The notes beneath the pieces are model-generated. The model was given only the letters and a program-made list of their open reading frames with translations. It was not told the origin of the DNA and did not search any database. A stretch of 64,000 nucleotides of DNA from a virus, in IMG/VR virus record IMGVR_UViG_3300042399_002267. One strand, written 5' to 3'. The stretch's first letter is position 1; every line of letters begins with the position of its first letter. This document shows, in pieces, positions 10,601 through 20,764 of this stretch. The position numbers and the translations under genes are program-made.

Positions 10601-12153
10601 ATGAATTTTTTATAAATTATTCATTCTTTAAAAACAAAGAATACTGGATTATATTATCAATAAATAATCTTCCACCATTGTATGACATAAATACAACTGG
10701 ATTGATAAATATAAACAACAATACTGTCACTGGTATTTACAATCAGAAAAATAATTCATTTACTGAATTTAATAAATACAATGTTGGAGCAAAACTTGGC
10801 ATAGGATCAACGATACCAACAAATATTGCTACATGGTATGAGATATCATCTATTGGGTCTTCTAATTCTATGACTGTAAGTGGTGCTGGAATAACTCTAA
10901 ATAAACAAGATTATTCTATAAAGTATGATTTTTCAATAGGAATTAAAGAATCATCTTCAATCGGAGCAAGTACTAATTTTGCATCATATAGTTCTATTGG
11001 TTGGAGCTCTGATACTGGAACTGCTTATATTAGTTTTATGAAACCTGATGATCAAATATATGCTGCTTTTAACAGAGACTTCTCTGATAGTGATATAAAT
11101 TTACCTGGTCCTAATAGATACAGAGAGTCTCTTCCTAATTATTATGTAGACGGTTATTGGTCTTTTAATGTAAAAAGTTTTGATCAAGAGAAAAGACTAT
11201 GTTTATATCCAAGGTCAGTCTCTATGAAAACACAAACTATCATAGCTTCTGGTGTTTCGGGTAATAATTATATATCAATAGGAAGCACTAATTTTACTCC
11301 TAAAATATTAGGTGGGTTAGCTATATCTCAAAACTCAAATATTGCTTCAGGAACAGCAATATCATATATAATTTATGATTCAACTAATTCAATATATAAA
11401 ATAAATTTAAATAAAAATCTTACAGGATCGTTTATTGATAATTTAATTTATGTAGGTACAGGTCAGACAATCCATTTGAGAAGAAGTCAAGATATTTATG
11501 TTACTGCTAGATATTATGTAAATGGTGGTTTGGCTTCTACTAGTTTAGTATTACCAAAATCTTCGACATGGATTACATATTGGAATAAACAAAATAGATA
11601 TAATTACTCAGTAATTGATAAAAATTCTAAACCAGATTTCCTTACTGCTTCTTACAATTTAAATTTAGAAAACTATCAAATACCAAATCAAATAAAATAT
11701 GTTAATGGATATACTATTGGAAATTTTGTACCCAAATCTTCAATAGGTACAACTTTTGATTTTAAATTTACATCTTCTTATGGTTTGAAAGTATTCTTTA
11801 ATGATTCTTCTCAACCAAGTATAGATCAATGGAAAAATACTTCTGGTGCAGGATACACATGTTCTTACAATATTGATTCAATTTCTAGTCCAATAAAATT
11901 TGAGGTTCATTTTTATAATTTGTCCTCAAGTATTGGACAAACATTAAAGGCTGAATGGAAGGTACAAGGATCATCAACTTGGCAAGATTTAGATGATTCC
12001 TTTTACACAGATTATGTTCCAGAAATCACAAAATTAGATGATAATAACATACAGAAAATAAGTTATGTAGCTGTAGGAAATACTAGTTCTTCAGTTTCTG
12101 CTCCTTATTATGGAGCACCGCAAAATGACATGTTGACTATAAGGAGTAAGTAA
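7687..12153 (+). CDS. large virion structural protein (1488 aa), C-terminal PA14-like domain
   Basis: S/N/T/G/aromatic-rich beta composition. C-terminal FKFTSSYGLKVFFN…IDQW…KFEVHFYN…LKAEWK is PA14-like. Lies in the tail operon. Confidence 0.6.
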   Translation: MSTVTRKGLEFIVNQIGKAKYVFKDLIGDTTYIRGNRLEFEKTLLRLKGSSVFNDYDLSKKDPDGIIKSNFTTFDATDNVGFAIQGGKIVIDSKISSFYNSGSWTPQNYSPPSTEGWYIYDYNAWSNYIPKYDSSGIANSNYVIYQFPSVIEPNSGSGRTTFEYPIRYNGSAYSRVQTFNSARWISFKNTSGSSKTEIRAIVPKSTFDGLLNVNPFNNKPLDLGIYSHSYLVSNNIDYTLTLDGTMGVLGSSDVLDPLGFNVQESSSTGSTVAKIRDHWVFDINIPASSSWINNSWIHLGFYWGSYDTYFKTGYPSYSAGSATSFDKNNINSSWYIFNRKNFFVNNINNFISFEKTGINDTNVYVYSNNKTNNTFIDQKYSSPNNSFRYLLNEDITGFASTNSFLSDNLIDKDEFLPVIIASKNKGFQFDKPNLDLTVFLGSPIPLTEIPNIWSDFKYFPQINSDYDILFKIILGYPSVETSEINVDKLDGTFDSNLISIIYIEENAKNSFSPNINDGSVIEFFLPAEISFSTFIRNLEFDKLFDAFSLNVIPRILRYDIDKIKDLNSFTTNTANAFKSIHNLSKNPSDTLLQNNNDSEPKAIQFSKQGSNLIKIFTEEETSKNLAYINSNESYIVDELLYDNAEFEIYQQKDDTELNQNLTGTKLARDYSLKIKFVNKDNTYYVKNLFINASKYLLSDDEYLERQNKNLSLLGYYKNSTLTDIDDYRVHGYAAVVPDLESQSGRLISMKATSPSDSTKVSESAFESALLLNNPSYSPSQISNIKSGFALTSIFYTVDETKFDNKFVGIKDLGITISEYSLDMKPNWINNTLGLLGSENESFIAKPLHIKDLRSDSFLISGLGYTATDNSLNNLENIFDQTLPVGLGSSISQQTHLGSKVIENNKFAIRINPFANVEIKSLKIKLKKTSEYLNPDAKITIQIWSSENNLPLSIIYSGSSVKLDSITNIFDEYEFFINYSFFKNKEYWIILSINNLPPLYDINTTGLININNNTVTGIYNQKNNSFTEFNKYNVGAKLGIGSTIPTNIATWYEISSIGSSNSMTVSGAGITLNKQDYSIKYDFSIGIKESSSIGASTNFASYSSIGWSSDTGTAYISFMKPDDQIYAAFNRDFSDSDINLPGPNRYRESLPNYYVDGYWSFNVKSFDQEKRLCLYPRSVSMKTQTIIASGVSGNNYISIGSTNFTPKILGGLAISQNSNIASGTAISYIIYDSTNSIYKINLNKNLTGSFIDNLIYVGTGQTIHLRRSQDIYVTARYYVNGGLASTSLVLPKSSTWITYWNKQNRYNYSVIDKNSKPDFLTASYNLNLENYQIPNQIKYVNGYTIGNFVPKSSIGTTFDFKFTSSYGLKVFFNDSSQPSIDQWKNTSGAGYTCSYNIDSISSPIKFEVHFYNLSSSIGQTLKAEWKVQGSSTWQDLDDSFYTDYVPEITKLDDNNIQKISYVAVGNTSSSVSAPYYGAPQNDMLTIRSK

Positions 12154-13082
12154 TGGTTCCAAATTATGCTTCAGCCTTGATATTAAACAACATTGTCAAA
12201 GCATACAATTTATCAAAATCATATTCAGATTCACCAATATCATTAAAAGAGTTTGCAGCCAATTATGATGATGTTGAAAAAGATCTTTATTTACTTTATG
12301 GACTATCTCCTATCAAGTCTAATAATGAAGAATTTGTTCAAGACATTTTAGTACTTGGTAAAGGTTTATCCAAATCAAATCTGCTAAACAATATAGTAGA
12401 ATTGCCATCTGCCCAGAATAATCAATTTGGATTTCAAATATCTGAAATATTGGGAAACAATACAGATATAGCGGATTGTTATATATTTGCTGCAGCATAT
12501 TTGACTGCAACAACTTCTGGTATAGATGTGAAATTTTCTTTAGGAAAATCAGTTGATAATAAAACAGGAGAAGTTTTTATATTAGGCAGAGATGTTGATT
12601 TAGAAACAGCAAAAAACATTCTTCAATATAACAATCAAATTGTTTTTCCACAGCCAAACAATACAGATCAATATACTTTGTTGTTTAAAATGATTTTAGA
12701 TATCTCAATTTATGATGGTACTGAAAAAAATTCAAGAGTATTAATTTCTATTTTAGATGAAAGAAAACCCAGAAGTTTTTATTCAGTGTCAGAAGAAAAT
12801 GCAGCCGCAATAATCACACCTGCGATGTTCAGTTTTGACAAAAAGTATAATTTTATGGTTAGTACCCAATTTAATGCATTGTCCCAAATAGTCAATGATT
12901 GGGTTAATTTAGATTCTTGGGATCCTGATTTTGCAACATATTGGTATAACTCTCAAAAACCTTTACCAACTGATCTTAAAGATTTTATAATAAGTATTGG
13001 AATAGATATAAGTTATCACATTGAATCTACTGGTATAGCAACTAAGCAAGTTTTTGGTACAGCAAGATTGGATAGTATATAA
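12153..13082 (+). CDS. hypothetical protein, probably virion
   Basis: 309 aa, translationally coupled within the tail operon. Confidence 0.6.
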   Translation: MVPNYASALILNNIVKAYNLSKSYSDSPISLKEFAANYDDVEKDLYLLYGLSPIKSNNEEFVQDILVLGKGLSKSNLLNNIVELPSAQNNQFGFQISEILGNNTDIADCYIFAAAYLTATTSGIDVKFSLGKSVDNKTGEVFILGRDVDLETAKNILQYNNQIVFPQPNNTDQYTLLFKMILDISIYDGTEKNSRVLISILDERKPRSFYSVSEENAAAIITPAMFSFDKKYNFMVSTQFNALSQIVNDWVNLDSWDPDFATYWYNSQKPLPTDLKDFIISIGIDISYHIESTGIATKQVFGTARLDSI

Positions 13083-15536
13083 ATGGCAATATCATCAAAA
13101 ATTGAGGAAGTAATTTTAGAAATTACCAAAACTGCTGGGAATATTTCAGATTCCTTAAAAATAGGAATTGGAGAAACAAATATTCCAGGTTCTTCTATTT
13201 TTGAGATCAATAATTTATTGTCTGTAGCTAACACAGGATATCCATTTTTTGGAATTGTTGAAACTGATACATTAGGTTTTCAAGCATCTTACAGTGCATC
13301 CGATGACAGATATAATGTCAAAATATCAAGTGGAAAAGTTTCATATAATGGCAGTTTGATAGATCTTTTAGAACAAAAAGTTTCTATAAAAAAAGATTTT
13401 ATAAAAGATTACAATCTTACAGCTTTTGGGGCTACAGCATATAAATATGGAATTACAATTGGATTTCCACTATCTGAAGCAGAAAAATCTATACAAACTT
13501 ACAATACTTCAGTAAATGCAACATCATTATCTGGCACAAATGTTTTATATGTAACGTCAACATCAAATGCTAAAACTCTAGGATTTCCTTTAGAAGCACA
13601 TGTTGGCTCTATTTATTTAAGATTTATTGGTGTTAATGATTTAGATACTGGTTTGATCATTGATTCTACATTTTACAATGGATCTCAGTATGGGGTGTTG
13701 CCAAGCACTATTATAGAAAACACTCCTGTAAAATTTGTATATCAACCCAAGTTACAATATATATCTGGATTCCCAATTTCTACCAGTTCTAGTGATCCAA
13801 GTCTTTTTCACTATTTTCCACCATTACCTTCATCTTGGTTACCAGTTGCAAAAGTGTTAGTAGAGGATCCAAATTTTCCCATTATTGCAGGCACTGGAAG
13901 AACTGCTTTTATAAGAACTGTTGTAGATATTCCAACCAATACTTCAACTAATAAAATATTAGGTGACTCAGCTGATGTAAGCAATGTAATTCAAAGTTGT
14001 AACTCTGCTATTGACAACTTAAGAAATTACAGAAAAAATGCTGTGATTACAAGTGTTGTCAATGCACTAAATCAATATACATATGCCTTGACATCTGTTA
14101 CCAATTTAAAAATAAGCCAATATTGGTCTTTGCAGCCATTTAGACCAACTCAATACTATTCAAAAGGTTTATCCTTTTCTGGACTTGAAAGATTTGAGTT
14201 TCCATCTAATTTTGCTGAAGCTTATTACAATATAACTGGTCAAGATTTACAACATACATTTGCAGTATTTAGAGGAGATTTGATTGATTATAATCAAGCT
14301 GCCCTTGGCTCAACTACTATCAATTCTTCAGCAATAACTGCAACTGTAATACCTTGCGCAGCAAACTATTCGTCTTTGACATCCGGAACTCAAATATATG
14401 GAGTTTCTGGAGTAAGAAGTATTGCTTTAGATGAGTATCTTGAAACTGTACCATCATATTCAAGTAAAATATCAACTACTATAACTTCAAATAATTATAT
14501 GGTTGAATTGAATTGGTCAGGAAGTGGAGTAACTGATTCACTATTTTATCATATTTATAAAAGACCAAATCTATCAAGTGAACTTACAGAAAATAGAATT
14601 ACAAATATTGATGAAATTAAAAATTATCCATATTTTACTGGTTTAGCAATCACTGATACAACAAGCTATACTGTTCCAAGATTTTCAGCTATTTCAATAA
14701 TTCCTAATGAAGATTGTTTTGTTGGTGGAGTGACATTGAAATTTGGCTTTAGCGCCCCAGGGCAAACTGCGTCAATAGGTTCTACTGGTGTTAATATTGC
14801 ACTGTATGGAAACTCAGCTGGAGCACCTGATTCATCAACTCTTTTAGCATATACTGACACACTAAGATATGAAGATGTATCAGAGGGCTTTGGAGCATAT
14901 ACTGTAAAGTTTGACACAGGTATCAACTTAGATGCATCCACACAATATTGGCTAGTTATAGACAAACCAACCAATCTCACTGTTGGTACTGGTTCAACTG
15001 AAATGATTACAAGAGTCATTAATTCAGGAACCAGCAAATTATTGTCAAGTAGTTCTTTTGGTTCATGGGTTGATTCTGGAAAAACACCATATGTAAAACT
15101 TCGTGGTTACCTTGATAATGGTTCTTCATTGGGAACAAATTACAAAAGAGGAATAAAATTCACTAATAAAATAGCTAATAAACCTAGAAGATTATCAGTG
15201 TATGTTCCTCCTGTAGAAAATATAATAAATAATACAGGTTTGATATTAAATGGAAATACAACTGGTACAGCTTTTTCTACTGATACTTCTATAAAAAATG
15301 AGCTTTTAGTAACTGTATATGCAAGAAATGGTACAGGCGGAACTACAACAGTAATGTCCACTTTAGTACCAAAGGGCACCATTAGAGATACAAGATTTTT
15401 ACTTGGTGCAGACACTGATTTATTTGACAGAGTAGATAATATAATTGTAAGTCCTGGCACTGATTTGACAAGAGTAAACAATGGTCCAATTATTTGGGAC
15501 ATATATGATCTAATCACTGTCGAGACGGAACCATAG
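13083..15536 (+). CDS. virion structural protein (baseplate/fibre-like, 817 aa)
   Basis: T/S/G-rich beta composition with a carbohydrate-binding-like beta-sandwich segment (VGGVTLKF…IALYGNSAGAP…TQYWLVI). Confidence 0.55.
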   Translation: MAISSKIEEVILEITKTAGNISDSLKIGIGETNIPGSSIFEINNLLSVANTGYPFFGIVETDTLGFQASYSASDDRYNVKISSGKVSYNGSLIDLLEQKVSIKKDFIKDYNLTAFGATAYKYGITIGFPLSEAEKSIQTYNTSVNATSLSGTNVLYVTSTSNAKTLGFPLEAHVGSIYLRFIGVNDLDTGLIIDSTFYNGSQYGVLPSTIIENTPVKFVYQPKLQYISGFPISTSSSDPSLFHYFPPLPSSWLPVAKVLVEDPNFPIIAGTGRTAFIRTVVDIPTNTSTNKILGDSADVSNVIQSCNSAIDNLRNYRKNAVITSVVNALNQYTYALTSVTNLKISQYWSLQPFRPTQYYSKGLSFSGLERFEFPSNFAEAYYNITGQDLQHTFAVFRGDLIDYNQAALGSTTINSSAITATVIPCAANYSSLTSGTQIYGVSGVRSIALDEYLETVPSYSSKISTTITSNNYMVELNWSGSGVTDSLFYHIYKRPNLSSELTENRITNIDEIKNYPYFTGLAITDTTSYTVPRFSAISIIPNEDCFVGGVTLKFGFSAPGQTASIGSTGVNIALYGNSAGAPDSSTLLAYTDTLRYEDVSEGFGAYTVKFDTGINLDASTQYWLVIDKPTNLTVGTGSTEMITRVINSGTSKLLSSSSFGSWVDSGKTPYVKLRGYLDNGSSLGTNYKRGIKFTNKIANKPRRLSVYVPPVENIINNTGLILNGNTTGTAFSTDTSIKNELLVTVYARNGTGGTTTVMSTLVPKGTIRDTRFLLGADTDLFDRVDNIIVSPGTDLTRVNNGPIIWDIYDLITVETEP

Positions 15537-15552
15537 GTCTCAGGAGACTTAA

Positions 15553-18411
15553 ATGGCAACGCTTACAACATATTTTACTACGCAAGCCCAAACAAATAAT
15601 CCAAGTTCAAGAACTGGTTGGGATTGGTCTTTAACTGGAAATACTGCAGCTTTAGATGGAAGTGTAGTTTTTCAATCTTATCCAGTTGAAAATTTTATTC
15701 TATCATCTCAAACTGACTTTCTTGATTTAACTGATATTGCAACTAAGCTTCCTGATGGAGCACAAATTCAAGGTGTAAGTGTTAGAATTTTTAAATCTTC
15801 TGGGTCAGATTTTCCAGACTTTTTATTTACCACTGATCTTAAAGTTCAATTTATTTATAATGGTGCGCTTCGCGGTCAAGATAAAGCAGATACTTCAACT
15901 CTTTGGACAGATCCAGGTTCTTATGATACATATGGTGGAAGTACAGATCTTTGGAATTATGAATTTACAACTGGTGGAGACTCCCTTACATCAAGTTATT
16001 ATGTAAATCAACCTTTTTTTGGATTAAGAATTGCAGCTACTTTTGCAGGTGCTAATACTCAAAAAAATGTACTTACATTATCCATTGATCATGTAGAAAT
16101 AACTTTTTACTATACAGAAGCACCTATTGAACCAACTGGAGTAGAGTCAGGGCAAATACAGTCAAATGTAAACAGACTTGCACCTGGTGAAATAAATTTT
16201 AGACTAAATGCATTGGTTAGTTCAAATAACTTATCTAATGTTAACAGATTAGTTGCAACTAACAGATTTGGCTTAAGTACTTCAGTCAATCTTAGATCAC
16301 CAACTCTTCCAATAACTCACTATTTATCTCCTATTGCAAAGATATATGCAACAGGATTAACTTCACCTTTAGTTGGCAGTCACAGAATTTATGCTGAATA
16401 TGATATTCAACACTTAGGTATCTCTAGTTTAGAAACCATATCTAACGGTCATATTTTAATACCAGGAAATGTAAATATTGGACATTCTTCTATTACAAGT
16501 GAAGAAAGTTTAACGGGACATAGATTGTTTGCTCAAGCAAATATTTATCATCAAGGGTTTGGAGTAGATGAGTCTGTAAACAATCCAACATTAATTCCAG
16601 TAGCATATATTTATCCTGGGTCTACAGATTCAACTAATATTATAGATGGTAACAATCAACTATTTTCTATCGCAAAAATTTATCATATTTCACCTTTTGA
16701 TAAACCTGAAATTGGATGGTCTGATGGAGCTCATGGAGTTTATTTAGATCCATTGGCATATATTTATGTCAATAATCATGCTAAAGGTCAACCAGGATAT
16801 TCTCCATTTACCTCACCAGTCTTCAATAATGATCTTGCTATAGAATTTCCTCTTAATATATATCCTGAAGGTTTGATGACCAATGAAGTGAGTTCGATAC
16901 ATTTCCTTGGAAAAACATACGGAGAAATATATCCACCGGGAATCATTACTGATGAAATCGATTCTATACATCAAATAACAAAAGAAAAAAATATATACCC
17001 ACCACCTATATCTGATAATAATAAAGATGATGGATTAGGTTTACATGAATTGTTATGGAAAAGAAATACTATTAATTTCTTCAATTCAATATATAGTCCA
17101 GCATACGAAGTTGGTTATTTTGATTGTATGGCACTCACAAGAGATGTCAACAATGACCCACAATATGACTTAAGTTATAATAGCATCAACACAAACTATC
17201 TTTTCTCTGTTGATAACATAAATATGCAATATGCTCAACAGGCAGATGCATCAAGTAGATATGCTGGTGAAGGTGCTGTATCTAATACATTTAAAATCAA
17301 TAAAAAAGATTATTCATTGTCGTTTACATTGCCAATAAAAATAGAATCATGGGGATATGTAGACAATGTGTTTGCAGCTCTTTATGATTATTGTCTACAA
17401 GGATATAAAGGCACTCCTACAAGTTATGTAGGGAGATTGACATCGTCTGATGCATCTATTGGAGCTACAAATGCGATTAAAATTGACAATATATCTGATT
17501 TTATAACATTAGATCCTGGCACAATAATTTACACAAGAAGTGATGACAACTCAAATATTATCGAGGGTCTTGAATTAGATTATGTAAGTAAATCAGAAAA
17601 GGTAGTTTACTTTACAGGCACTGGTTCAACACAATCTTATCAAACTGATATTTCATATTTATGGTCCAAACCAGAAACAGACGACAGAGAACCATCATTC
17701 TCATTATTTTCTCTCAGAGAAGGTTTGATAAGTGGTTGTATGGTTGACAAAATATCAATGACCATTACTCCTGGAAACTCTGTTGTTGCTAATGTCGATA
17801 TGAAATTTACAAATATAGATAGAGAATATCAGAAAAACATTTTGGCTAATTTCAATAGTTTGGTAGCAAATATAAACAAAAGAAAACCTAATTATTTACT
17901 TTCTGGTGCACAATTTAGACTTTACAATACAACTTCAGACGCTGGGTATTTTAACTTAGGATTACCTATTGACAGAAAAGTATTCCGTGGATTCCAAGAA
18001 ACTGATATTAAGAATTTTGAGATTAATGAAATAACAATTGACATATCAAATAATCTTGAACCTATCTATACATTGAATTCTAAAAGTAGTATTGAAAAAG
18101 AAAATAGTGACAATAATTTGAAACCTTATGGATATTATTCCAATGGAAGAACTATAAATGGCACTATTACATATTCTAGTCCTATTAAACCTTGGTTATT
18201 TGCTGAAAAATTATCCGGTCCATCAAGTATAAATAATGGTGGGATTATATTTGATTTCGGTCCATTCAAAATGAATTTGCCACAAATTGTATGGTCACCT
18301 CAAAGTTCTGAATCTTCCATGGAAAAAGTACATCAAAAGAAAGTCAACTGGGCAGCAGTAACTAACAGTTTTGTATTTGATCCATATTTGGAACCAACTG
18401 GAATATTTTAA
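15553..18411 (+). CDS. tail tube-like protein with a long N-terminal adhesin/repeat extension (952 aa)
   Basis: SD AGGAG. C-terminal third has tube-protein-like segments (GCMVDKISMTITPGNSVVANVDMKF, GRTINGTITY). The middle has roughly 24-aa I-x-x-x-G/S-I-x-S-x-E repeats. Confidence 0.5.
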   Translation: MATLTTYFTTQAQTNNPSSRTGWDWSLTGNTAALDGSVVFQSYPVENFILSSQTDFLDLTDIATKLPDGAQIQGVSVRIFKSSGSDFPDFLFTTDLKVQFIYNGALRGQDKADTSTLWTDPGSYDTYGGSTDLWNYEFTTGGDSLTSSYYVNQPFFGLRIAATFAGANTQKNVLTLSIDHVEITFYYTEAPIEPTGVESGQIQSNVNRLAPGEINFRLNALVSSNNLSNVNRLVATNRFGLSTSVNLRSPTLPITHYLSPIAKIYATGLTSPLVGSHRIYAEYDIQHLGISSLETISNGHILIPGNVNIGHSSITSEESLTGHRLFAQANIYHQGFGVDESVNNPTLIPVAYIYPGSTDSTNIIDGNNQLFSIAKIYHISPFDKPEIGWSDGAHGVYLDPLAYIYVNNHAKGQPGYSPFTSPVFNNDLAIEFPLNIYPEGLMTNEVSSIHFLGKTYGEIYPPGIITDEIDSIHQITKEKNIYPPPISDNNKDDGLGLHELLWKRNTINFFNSIYSPAYEVGYFDCMALTRDVNNDPQYDLSYNSINTNYLFSVDNINMQYAQQADASSRYAGEGAVSNTFKINKKDYSLSFTLPIKIESWGYVDNVFAALYDYCLQGYKGTPTSYVGRLTSSDASIGATNAIKIDNISDFITLDPGTIIYTRSDDNSNIIEGLELDYVSKSEKVVYFTGTGSTQSYQTDISYLWSKPETDDREPSFSLFSLREGLISGCMVDKISMTITPGNSVVANVDMKFTNIDREYQKNILANFNSLVANINKRKPNYLLSGAQFRLYNTTSDAGYFNLGLPIDRKVFRGFQETDIKNFEINEITIDISNNLEPIYTLNSKSSIEKENSDNNLKPYGYYSNGRTINGTITYSSPIKPWLFAEKLSGPSSINNGGIIFDFGPFKMNLPQIVWSPQSSESSMEKVHQKKVNWAAVTNSFVFDPYLEPTGIF

Positions 18412-18809
18412 TGGATATATTTGTATCAAAAGAAACTCAAAAAATTAATATTTATTGCAAAACGATTTTAGATAATAATGGAAAATTCGTCAAACTAAAA
18501 GTAAATGATGATTGGGACACTGTTATAGAATGTGATGTTTTGGGAAGAGACTTTGAAAAAATGTCAAAAGTCATTGAAGATTCTAGCATCATTAATTCTG
18601 TAACTGGTAAACCTATGCTGAGAACATCAATACTTTGCAGATCAATTTTGTTATTTTTTTATAAAAGAATATTAGTCAAAAAAAGAGATGGTAGTTCGGA
18701 ATCAGAAATTAGTTTGAGTTCAGAAAATATCAATAGAATGGATTATGACATAGTTAAGGAACTAGCCAATAAATGGTTAGCATTAACTAGTGGTAAATTA
18801 AATGGCTGA
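18411..18809 (+). CDS. putative tail assembly chaperone
   Basis: 132 aa directly after a tube-like gene, with an acidic/helical C-terminus (NINRMDYDIVKELANKW). Confidence 0.4.
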   Translation: MDIFVSKETQKINIYCKTILDNNGKFVKLKVNDDWDTVIECDVLGRDFEKMSKVIEDSSIINSVTGKPMLRTSILCRSILLFFYKRILVKKRDGSSESEISLSSENINRMDYDIVKELANKWLALTSGKLNG

Positions 18810-20175
18810 CTACACAATAAATAATGTGATTTTAGGAACACCTTCTAAAAGTCACAACATCATGGTTATGTCTTTATTTGAAAAAAATAAGGATATTTTT
18901 AAGATGTTAAAATTATCTATGGGTAGCACAGTAAATAACAAAGCAAAAAGATTTATCAGCGCTTACATTTGGGATTTATGGACATTAGGTCAAATTACTT
19001 CTGACGAATTTGATAATCCAAGAAGACCTGGTCATTACATGATTAGATCTAAAGACCCAAGATGGAAAAAAATATATACCAATAATTTTAATGACAATTC
19101 TGGATCAGGTATTTACAATAAACTCAATAACTTTACACCTTTAGCGGTGCAGAATCATCCAACGTATACAGGGCAAAAGTACAGTTGTGAATTCTCTTTT
19201 TCTCCATTGATCAATATTGGATTTAATCCTGAAACAGTTTCAACAATTGCATCAACAGATCCTGAGTTTCCAACATTAATTAGTGACCAATATGAAGCAG
19301 AACAAACAATATATTTAGCATCAAGAATACCAATGTTTCCTTTGATGATATGCTCAACAGTTCCAGCGCATTACACTTATGGACCTGTTTTTCCAACAAA
19401 CATTACATTGACATGTTCTGGATCAGGAAACTTGCCTATAGTAAGTGTAACGTGCAATTTTGAAGGTGGTAAAACAATAACATCTCCACCTTTTGAATCA
19501 GAAGATTACAAAAAGCCAACACCAGAGCCTGTCACTATCAACACAATGAACGATTTAAATAATGTTCCAATTGTTGAAAGAGCAACATTATATAATTTTG
19601 GAGTTGATTATCACAGATACAGATCAGCAAATATGGTTGACTGTATGATAGATTTCAAGGAATATGCAACCTTGGGAGATATGAGAATTGCTATCAATAA
19701 TAGTATCAACTATCCTCCAGCATTTAAAATTATAGGATTTGATTTAGTAATTAATCAAACTATAGATTTACAGTTTACATATCCTGGAGCATTGACTAAC
19801 AACTTTGTTATGGAATATTTTGGTGACAAGATCGGTCCCAAATTTGCTGCATTAAGTGACAGAACTGTATCTGGAACAATCACTTTCTTTTCATTTGATA
19901 AAGATGTTGTATTACCAAACACTAGTGGTTTAACAATGTATTTTGGTGGTCCATTTTTCTACTCCATGAGATATGTTGATTGGAACAATCCAACTGTGTC
20001 TATTGAACCTAATTCAGGATATACTCATAAGTATACTTTCAAAGCAAGACTAACTGATGATGTAAGCTTCCCGCAATCAGATAATTTAGATCAAATTGTA
20101 TCTGAATTCACTGGAGCCCCAACATTCACTATTCAATCATTCTTTGATTTGCTAAAACAATGGTTTAGATTCTAG
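18802..20175 (+). CDS. second tail tube-like protein
   Basis: Shares the RT(V/I)xGTIT motif and terminal organisation with the 15553 protein. Confidence 0.4.
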   Translation: MADYTINNVILGTPSKSHNIMVMSLFEKNKDIFKMLKLSMGSTVNNKAKRFISAYIWDLWTLGQITSDEFDNPRRPGHYMIRSKDPRWKKIYTNNFNDNSGSGIYNKLNNFTPLAVQNHPTYTGQKYSCEFSFSPLINIGFNPETVSTIASTDPEFPTLISDQYEAEQTIYLASRIPMFPLMICSTVPAHYTYGPVFPTNITLTCSGSGNLPIVSVTCNFEGGKTITSPPFESEDYKKPTPEPVTINTMNDLNNVPIVERATLYNFGVDYHRYRSANMVDCMIDFKEYATLGDMRIAINNSINYPPAFKIIGFDLVINQTIDLQFTYPGALTNNFVMEYFGDKIGPKFAALSDRTVSGTITFFSFDKDVVLPNTSGLTMYFGGPFFYSMRYVDWNNPTVSIEPNSGYTHKYTFKARLTDDVSFPQSDNLDQIVSEFTGAPTFTIQSFFDLLKQWFRF

Positions 20176-20176
20176 T

Positions 20177-20764
20177 ATGGAAAAAATTGAAGCACTAAAG
20201 TTCTTACTTGATTGGATAGATAATCAAACAACAAATGATTATGTCTTAAATTCATTTAAACCTAACTTGTCTAATAAATTTATTTTAGAAAATAAATATG
20301 AAGTTTATTTAAAGAGTATTTCATGGAAAGCTTTATTATCTATTGATGCTAAGTCATTTAATAAAAATGCTCAAGGTATTTATTTTAGTACAGAAATACA
20401 AAAAAGAGAAATATTAAAGTATGGTCTTGAAAAAATTAAAAATATTTCAAGTAATAAAGAATACTCTGATGACCTACTGAGTATTTTGTCTTATGATGCA
20501 GTTGAAAAAATTTGGATTGAATATCAAAATATTCTTCACTTGACAGCTGAAGAGGCAAATATTATTTATAATTCAGCTAAGAAATATTTTAATAGCGAGA
20601 ATAATGATCTTTATCCTGTACTACCAGAAGTGATAGAAATGGACTATATTCTAAAAGGTATAGTTTCTTTGAGTAGAACAGAGTTTAATAATTTGTCATC
20701 TAAAGAGTTTGAAATTATGCAATTAGTTTTATCTACAAAAAATGAAGTTTTAAAACAATTTTAA
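20177..20764 (+). CDS. putative tail chaperone / hypothetical protein
   Basis: 195 aa helical protein, last gene of the + operon, converging on the sugar island. Confidence 0.5.
   Translation: MEKIEALKFLLDWIDNQTTNDYVLNSFKPNLSNKFILENKYEVYLKSISWKALLSIDAKSFNKNAQGIYFSTEIQKREILKYGLEKIKNISSNKEYSDDLLSILSYDAVEKIWIEYQNILHLTAEEANIIYNSAKKYFNSENNDLYPVLPEVIEMDYILKGIVSLSRTEFNNLSSKEFEIMQLVLSTKNEVLKQF

Noticed and set aside
20735-20764. Tail-chaperone -1 frameshift at T TTA AAA near the end of 20177-20764
   Set aside because: The -1 frame stops after about 17 codons inside the convergent gene, and no tape measure gene follows.
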